A DNA stretch of 64,000 bases from a bacterium BMS3Abin11 (lineage in GTDB: Bacteria; Pseudomonadota; Gammaproteobacteria; BMS3Bbin11): assembly GCA_002897635.1 (NCBI GenBank), contig BDTD01000011.1:76436-140435 (forward strand), written 5' to 3'. Below are positions 60,140 to 64,000 of the stretch, piece after piece; the stretch's first letter is position 1; every line of letters begins with the position of its first letter. The position numbers and the translations under genes are program-made. The notes under the pieces were generated by a model that worked only from the letters and a program-made list of their open reading frames with translations, did not search any database and had not been told where the DNA came from.

Positions 60140-63100
60140 ACCCAATCCCTCGTACCGGCCTGCTGGCCGCTGTCATTGGTTTCTCCCTACGTTACAAGGG
60201 TGCAGTGATTACGCTTGCGCTGCTGTTTGCAGGCTATGGCCTTTACGCGTTTAGCGGTGCCCGCTACGATGTTTTCCCTGAGTTTGCTCCGCCTCAGGTG
60301 TCAATCCAGACGGAGGCCCCCGGCCTGGCGCCGGAACAGGTCGAGGTGCTGGTAACCCAGCCCATCGAAAACGCAATCAGCGGTGTGCCGGGTGTGCAGG
60401 CACTGCGCTCGCAGTCGATTCAGGGACTGTCAATTATCACCGTTACCTTTGATCCCAAAAGCGATATCTACCGCGACCGCCAGAATCTGGGTGAACGCCT
60501 GGCCACCCTGGCGACGCAGATGCCTGGCGGAGTGGGGGCTCCCGGGATGTCTCCATTGACGTCCTCCACCAGCGTGGTGCTGGTGGTTGGTCTCACTTCA
60601 CCAAAGCGCTCGCTGATGGAATTGCGCACGATTGCCGACTGGACGCTCAAGCCACGCCTGCTTGCTGTACATGGTGTATCCAAGGTGGCGGTATTCGGCG
60701 GTCAGGTGAAGGAGTATCAGATTCAGGTCGATCCCCGCAAGCTAGTCAAGTATGGATTTGCCTTGAGTGATGTTCTCGCAGTCGCTCGACGTGCTACCGG
60801 GGTGCGTGGCGCAGGGTTCATCGACAACGCCAACCAGCGCATCGTTCTACAAACCTACGGCCAGTCCCAGAACGCCGAACAGCTCGCACAAACTATCCTG
60901 CGCCACCAGGACGGCGCCAATCTAACGCTGGCCGATGTCGCCCAGGTACGTATGGCACCCGAGCCGCCCATCGGCGCTGCCACCGTTGACGGGGTGCCGG
61001 GTGTGCAACTGGTTATCTCCGGGCAATACGGCACCAACACCCTGGCGGTCACCAGGGCTCTGGAGCGTTCACTAACCAGTTTACGGCCGGCACTCGCATC
61101 CGAACAGGTGGTACTGCATACCGAGGTATTCCGGCCTGCGGACTTCATCCAGAGCGCGACCCGTAACGTACAACATTCCCTCATCCTGGGCGCGATCCTG
61201 GTGGTGGCAGTGGTAGTACTCTTCCTGTTTAACTGGCGTACTTCAGCCATCTCCCTTGCCGCCATTCCACTGTCCATGCTGGCTGCGGTCACTATCCTCA
61301 ATCAGCAAGGTTTTAGCCTCAACACCATGACGCTGGGCGGGCTGGCCATTGCCATCGGGCTATTGGTCGATGATGCCATTATTGTGGTCGAGAATGTCTA
61401 CCGGCGGTTGCGGGAAAATCAGCATGTCCCGCAGCCGTCGCCGGTCTTCCTGGTGGTGTTCGATGCCACGCTGGAAGTGCGCAGCGCCGTAGTCTATGCG
61501 ACGCTGGCTATTGCACTGGTACTCATACCGGTGCTCACGCTTTCGGGGCTGGCCGGACGGTTATTCTCCCCCCTCGCGATCGCCTATCTAACGGCGACCC
61601 TGGCTTCGCTAGTCGTGGCAATTACTGTCACGCCGGCGTTGTGCCTTGCACTTCTTCCGGGGAGCGTACTCCCCGAACGCGACGCGCCAGTTGCCCGCTG
61701 GCTGAAGAAGAAGTACCGCTCGCTTATTGCCGGGGTCGAACGGCGCTATCGTCCCGTGATCGTGGTGGTCGGGTCGTTTATGCTGGCGGGACTGGTGGCA
61801 CTGCCTTTCTTTGGCGGTAGCTTCCTGCCTGAGCTCAAGGAAGGGCACTACATCGTGCATATGGCGGCAGTGCCCGGTACCTCGCTCACCGAATCGCTAC
61901 GCATTGGTCGCCAGGTATCAGCAGAACTGATGCGGCTTCCCATCGTGCGCGCGGTCAGCCAGCGGGTTGGCCGGGCCGAAAAAGCCGACGACACCTTTGG
62001 CACCCACTACAGCGAATTCGAGGTAGATCTTAAGCCGCTGTCCGGAGAAGAGGCCGAGTTTGCCCAGGTGGACATTCGCAATGCCCTGGCGCGCATCCCC
62101 GGCGTCAACTTTGCCGTCAATACCTTCCTTACCGAACGTGTCGAGGAAACGCTTTCTGGTTACACCGCTTCCGTGGTGGTCAATATATACGGTAATGACC
62201 TCGATACCCTTGATGCCGAGGCTCTGCGAGTCGCACAAACCTTGAACCAGATCCCGGGTGCTACCGAAATCCAGATCCAGTCCCCACCAGGTGCGCCGCA
62301 GATAGGGGTTCGGCTGCGTCCTGAAGCACTGGCGCGTTGGGGGTTTGATGCGGTGGACGTGCTTGATGTGGTGCAGACTGCCTTTCAAGGGGCGTTAGTC
62401 GGTCAGGTCTATAGCGGTAACCGCGTATTCAACGTGAACGTTATTCTGTCGCCGTCCGAGCGCAAAAGCATCACGGACATACGGACGCTGCCGCTGCGCA
62501 ATACCGCGGGCACCTTTGTGCGCCTGGGCCAACTGGCCGAGGTCTATGCGACATCTGGTCGCTATGTGGTGTTGCACAACGGTGCCCGCCGTGTTCAGGC
62601 AATCACCAGCAACGTCACTGGTCGGAACGTGACCTCCTTCGTCGCGGAGGCGAAGCGACGCATCACACAAAATGTTCGCCTTGCGCCTGGAAACTACGTG
62701 GAATTCGGTGGTACTGCTAAAGCCCAGGCCGCATCAGTACGGGATTTGATCGTTAATTCAACGATTGCCGCCATCGCCATCGGCTTGTTATTGTGGATCG
62801 TGCTGGGATATGCGCGAAACCTCTTTCTGGTGTTGCTCAACCTGCCCTTTGGCCTGACAGGAGGCGTCCTGGCCGTGTTTGCGACCGGCGGGGGTATCTC
62901 TTTGGGTTCTTTGGTAGGCTTCGTTACATTATTTGGCATCACGCTGCGCAATTCCGTGATGCTGCTCTCCCACTACGAGCATCTGGTCACCGTCGAGGGT
63001 ATGCAGTGGGGACCGGAAACAGCGCTACGCGGTGCAATGGAACGCTTGACGCCGATCCTTATGACCGCACTCGCCACTGCTTTGGGTCTGTTGCCGCTGG

Positions 63101-63291
63101 CTATCGGCAGTGGTGCTCCAGGACGCGAAATCGAAGGTCCAATGGCGTTAGTGATCCTGGGCGGACTCTTTACCTCTACCGCACTTAACCTGCTCGTGAT
63201 GCCGAGTCTGGCACTACGCTACGGCCGGTTTATGGCAGCAGATTCACAGTGTGAATTCCCGGTGCAGGCCGCACAAACACCCGATGAGTAG
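60136..63291 (+). CDS. CusA/CzcA family heavy-metal efflux RND transporter
   Basis: 1051 aa with 12 TM helices and two large periplasmic loops. Conserved RND motifs include GLLVDDAIIVVEN. Confidence 0.9.
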   Translation: MNPIPRTGLLAAVIGFSLRYKGAVITLALLFAGYGLYAFSGARYDVFPEFAPPQVSIQTEAPGLAPEQVEVLVTQPIENAISGVPGVQALRSQSIQGLSIITVTFDPKSDIYRDRQNLGERLATLATQMPGGVGAPGMSPLTSSTSVVLVVGLTSPKRSLMELRTIADWTLKPRLLAVHGVSKVAVFGGQVKEYQIQVDPRKLVKYGFALSDVLAVARRATGVRGAGFIDNANQRIVLQTYGQSQNAEQLAQTILRHQDGANLTLADVAQVRMAPEPPIGAATVDGVPGVQLVISGQYGTNTLAVTRALERSLTSLRPALASEQVVLHTEVFRPADFIQSATRNVQHSLILGAILVVAVVVLFLFNWRTSAISLAAIPLSMLAAVTILNQQGFSLNTMTLGGLAIAIGLLVDDAIIVVENVYRRLRENQHVPQPSPVFLVVFDATLEVRSAVVYATLAIALVLIPVLTLSGLAGRLFSPLAIAYLTATLASLVVAITVTPALCLALLPGSVLPERDAPVARWLKKKYRSLIAGVERRYRPVIVVVGSFMLAGLVALPFFGGSFLPELKEGHYIVHMAAVPGTSLTESLRIGRQVSAELMRLPIVRAVSQRVGRAEKADDTFGTHYSEFEVDLKPLSGEEAEFAQVDIRNALARIPGVNFAVNTFLTERVEETLSGYTASVVVNIYGNDLDTLDAEALRVAQTLNQIPGATEIQIQSPPGAPQIGVRLRPEALARWGFDAVDVLDVVQTAFQGALVGQVYSGNRVFNVNVILSPSERKSITDIRTLPLRNTAGTFVRLGQLAEVYATSGRYVVLHNGARRVQAITSNVTGRNVTSFVAEAKRRITQNVRLAPGNYVEFGGTAKAQAASVRDLIVNSTIAAIAIGLLLWIVLGYARNLFLVLLNLPFGLTGGVLAVFATGGGISLGSLVGFVTLFGITLRNSVMLLSHYEHLVTVEGMQWGPETALRGAMERLTPILMTALATALGLLPLAIGSGAPGREIEGPMALVILGGLFTSTALNLLVMPSLALRYGRFMAADSQCEFPVQAAQTPDE

Positions 63292-63362
63292 GAATAGGAA
63301 TAGGGGTCAAGGGAATAGGGGTCCAAGGAATAAAAGGGAATAGGGGTCAAACCTATTTGACT
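63292..63362. repeat. tandem GGGAATAGGGGTC(C)AA repeats (3x) followed by REP hairpin GGTCAAACCTATTTGACTATG
   Basis: Direct repeats immediately after the RND gene. The hairpin is inverted relative to 63693..63716. Confidence 0.6.
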
Positions 63363-63392
63363 ATGTATAAAAACTGAATTAACCTTTCAGCC

Positions 63393-63707
63393 ATGCCCAG
63401 ACCTCCCCGAATTGAATATGAAGGAGCGTTTCATCATGTAATGAACCGTGGCCGAGATCACAGAGCCATCTTTCATAATGATACGTACTTCAATGCCTTT
63501 CTTGAAACGTTGCAGGAAGTCTGCCAACGTTTTGATGCAGTCATTCACGCATACTGCCTGATGACGAATCATTACCACCTACTACCCGGCCTTGGCCATA
63601 CTGGCAGTGCATTATATGCTATCAATAAGATTAGGCATGAATTTGGAAGTAGCAAGTGGAAGAAGGAAGTAAAAAAAATGGGGAAGTTCTTATACATAGT
63701 CAAATAG
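63393..63707 (+). pseudogene. truncated IS200-like Y1/RAYT transposase flanked by inverted REP hairpins
   Basis: HuH motif TNHYHLL is present, but the ORF ends after 104 aa and lacks the catalytic Tyr region. It is flanked by inverted copies of CAAACCTATTTGACTATGTATAA. Confidence 0.55.
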
Positions 63708-64000
63708 GTTTGCTATTCTCATACTATTCTTCATTTTATTATGCTGGGAGTAGGTAAGCTTAGGGATACGGATAGGTTCAATGCGATAGATACGACCAAG
63801 CTCGCAAAAAGATGCTTTAGCGCAATAAAGAAGATTTCGGATCATTTAGATATCTCTGGCTTGGAGTGGATGGTTGAATTGAAAGAGAAACTCGAAACTG
63901 GTCTGAAAATCGTATAACAACACGCTCAAATTCGTTCCGGCAAAAACCCGCCTCCACCGGACGCGTAAACGCGCCGCTTAGCTCAACGTTGATATGATTC

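Noticed and set aside
1-64000. Search for CRISPR arrays, tRNA, rRNA and tmRNA
   Set aside because: No regularly spaced direct repeats with unique spacers, no tRNA-like T-arm or acceptor patterns, and no rRNA signatures were seen. The tandem and dispersed repeats found are REP/MITE-type.

Overview
This 64 kb window looks like a gammaproteobacterial chromosomal segment. It carries a conserved housekeeping backbone interrupted by repeat-rich accessory DNA. Backbone genes include an ABC ATPase, sixA, a nemA-like OYE reductase with a TetR regulator, dgkA, PPK2, arfB, cspA, rapA, an ABC-F ATPase, aspS, the rng-yhdP-nitrilase-tldD-pmbA block, and a complete HME-RND heavy-metal efflux locus with ArsR and a two-component system. 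An accessory island of about 11.7 kb lies between fmdB (33.0 kb) and pmbA (45.1 kb). It is bounded by inverted copies of a ~290 bp apparently non-coding structured repeat, with a third copy inside. The island holds a ParD/ParE-like toxin-antitoxin pair, three sigma-54-promoted PEP-CTERM genes (one intact, two frameshifted) and a secreted Gly/Tyr octapeptide-repeat protein. It also holds IS5 and IS110 transposases, an IS200-like Y1/RAYT transposase, an integrase fragment, a cytoplasmic trypsin-like protease with an operator-like repeat array, and a possible HEPN-like protein. Several small repeat families are scattered through the window. One is a 149 bp palindromic MITE (2.5 copies, one disrupting a gene). 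Another is a 160-215 bp MITE whose terminal motif TTAAGGAACCTCTGATCAATT recurs at gene boundaries and supplies stop codons and SD-like sequences. The others are a 95 bp direct repeat in the 5' regions of two genes, a GA-rich ...GTCAAAACC motif, and REP hairpins around a truncated RAYT at the window end. No rRNA, tRNA or CRISPR array was recognised.
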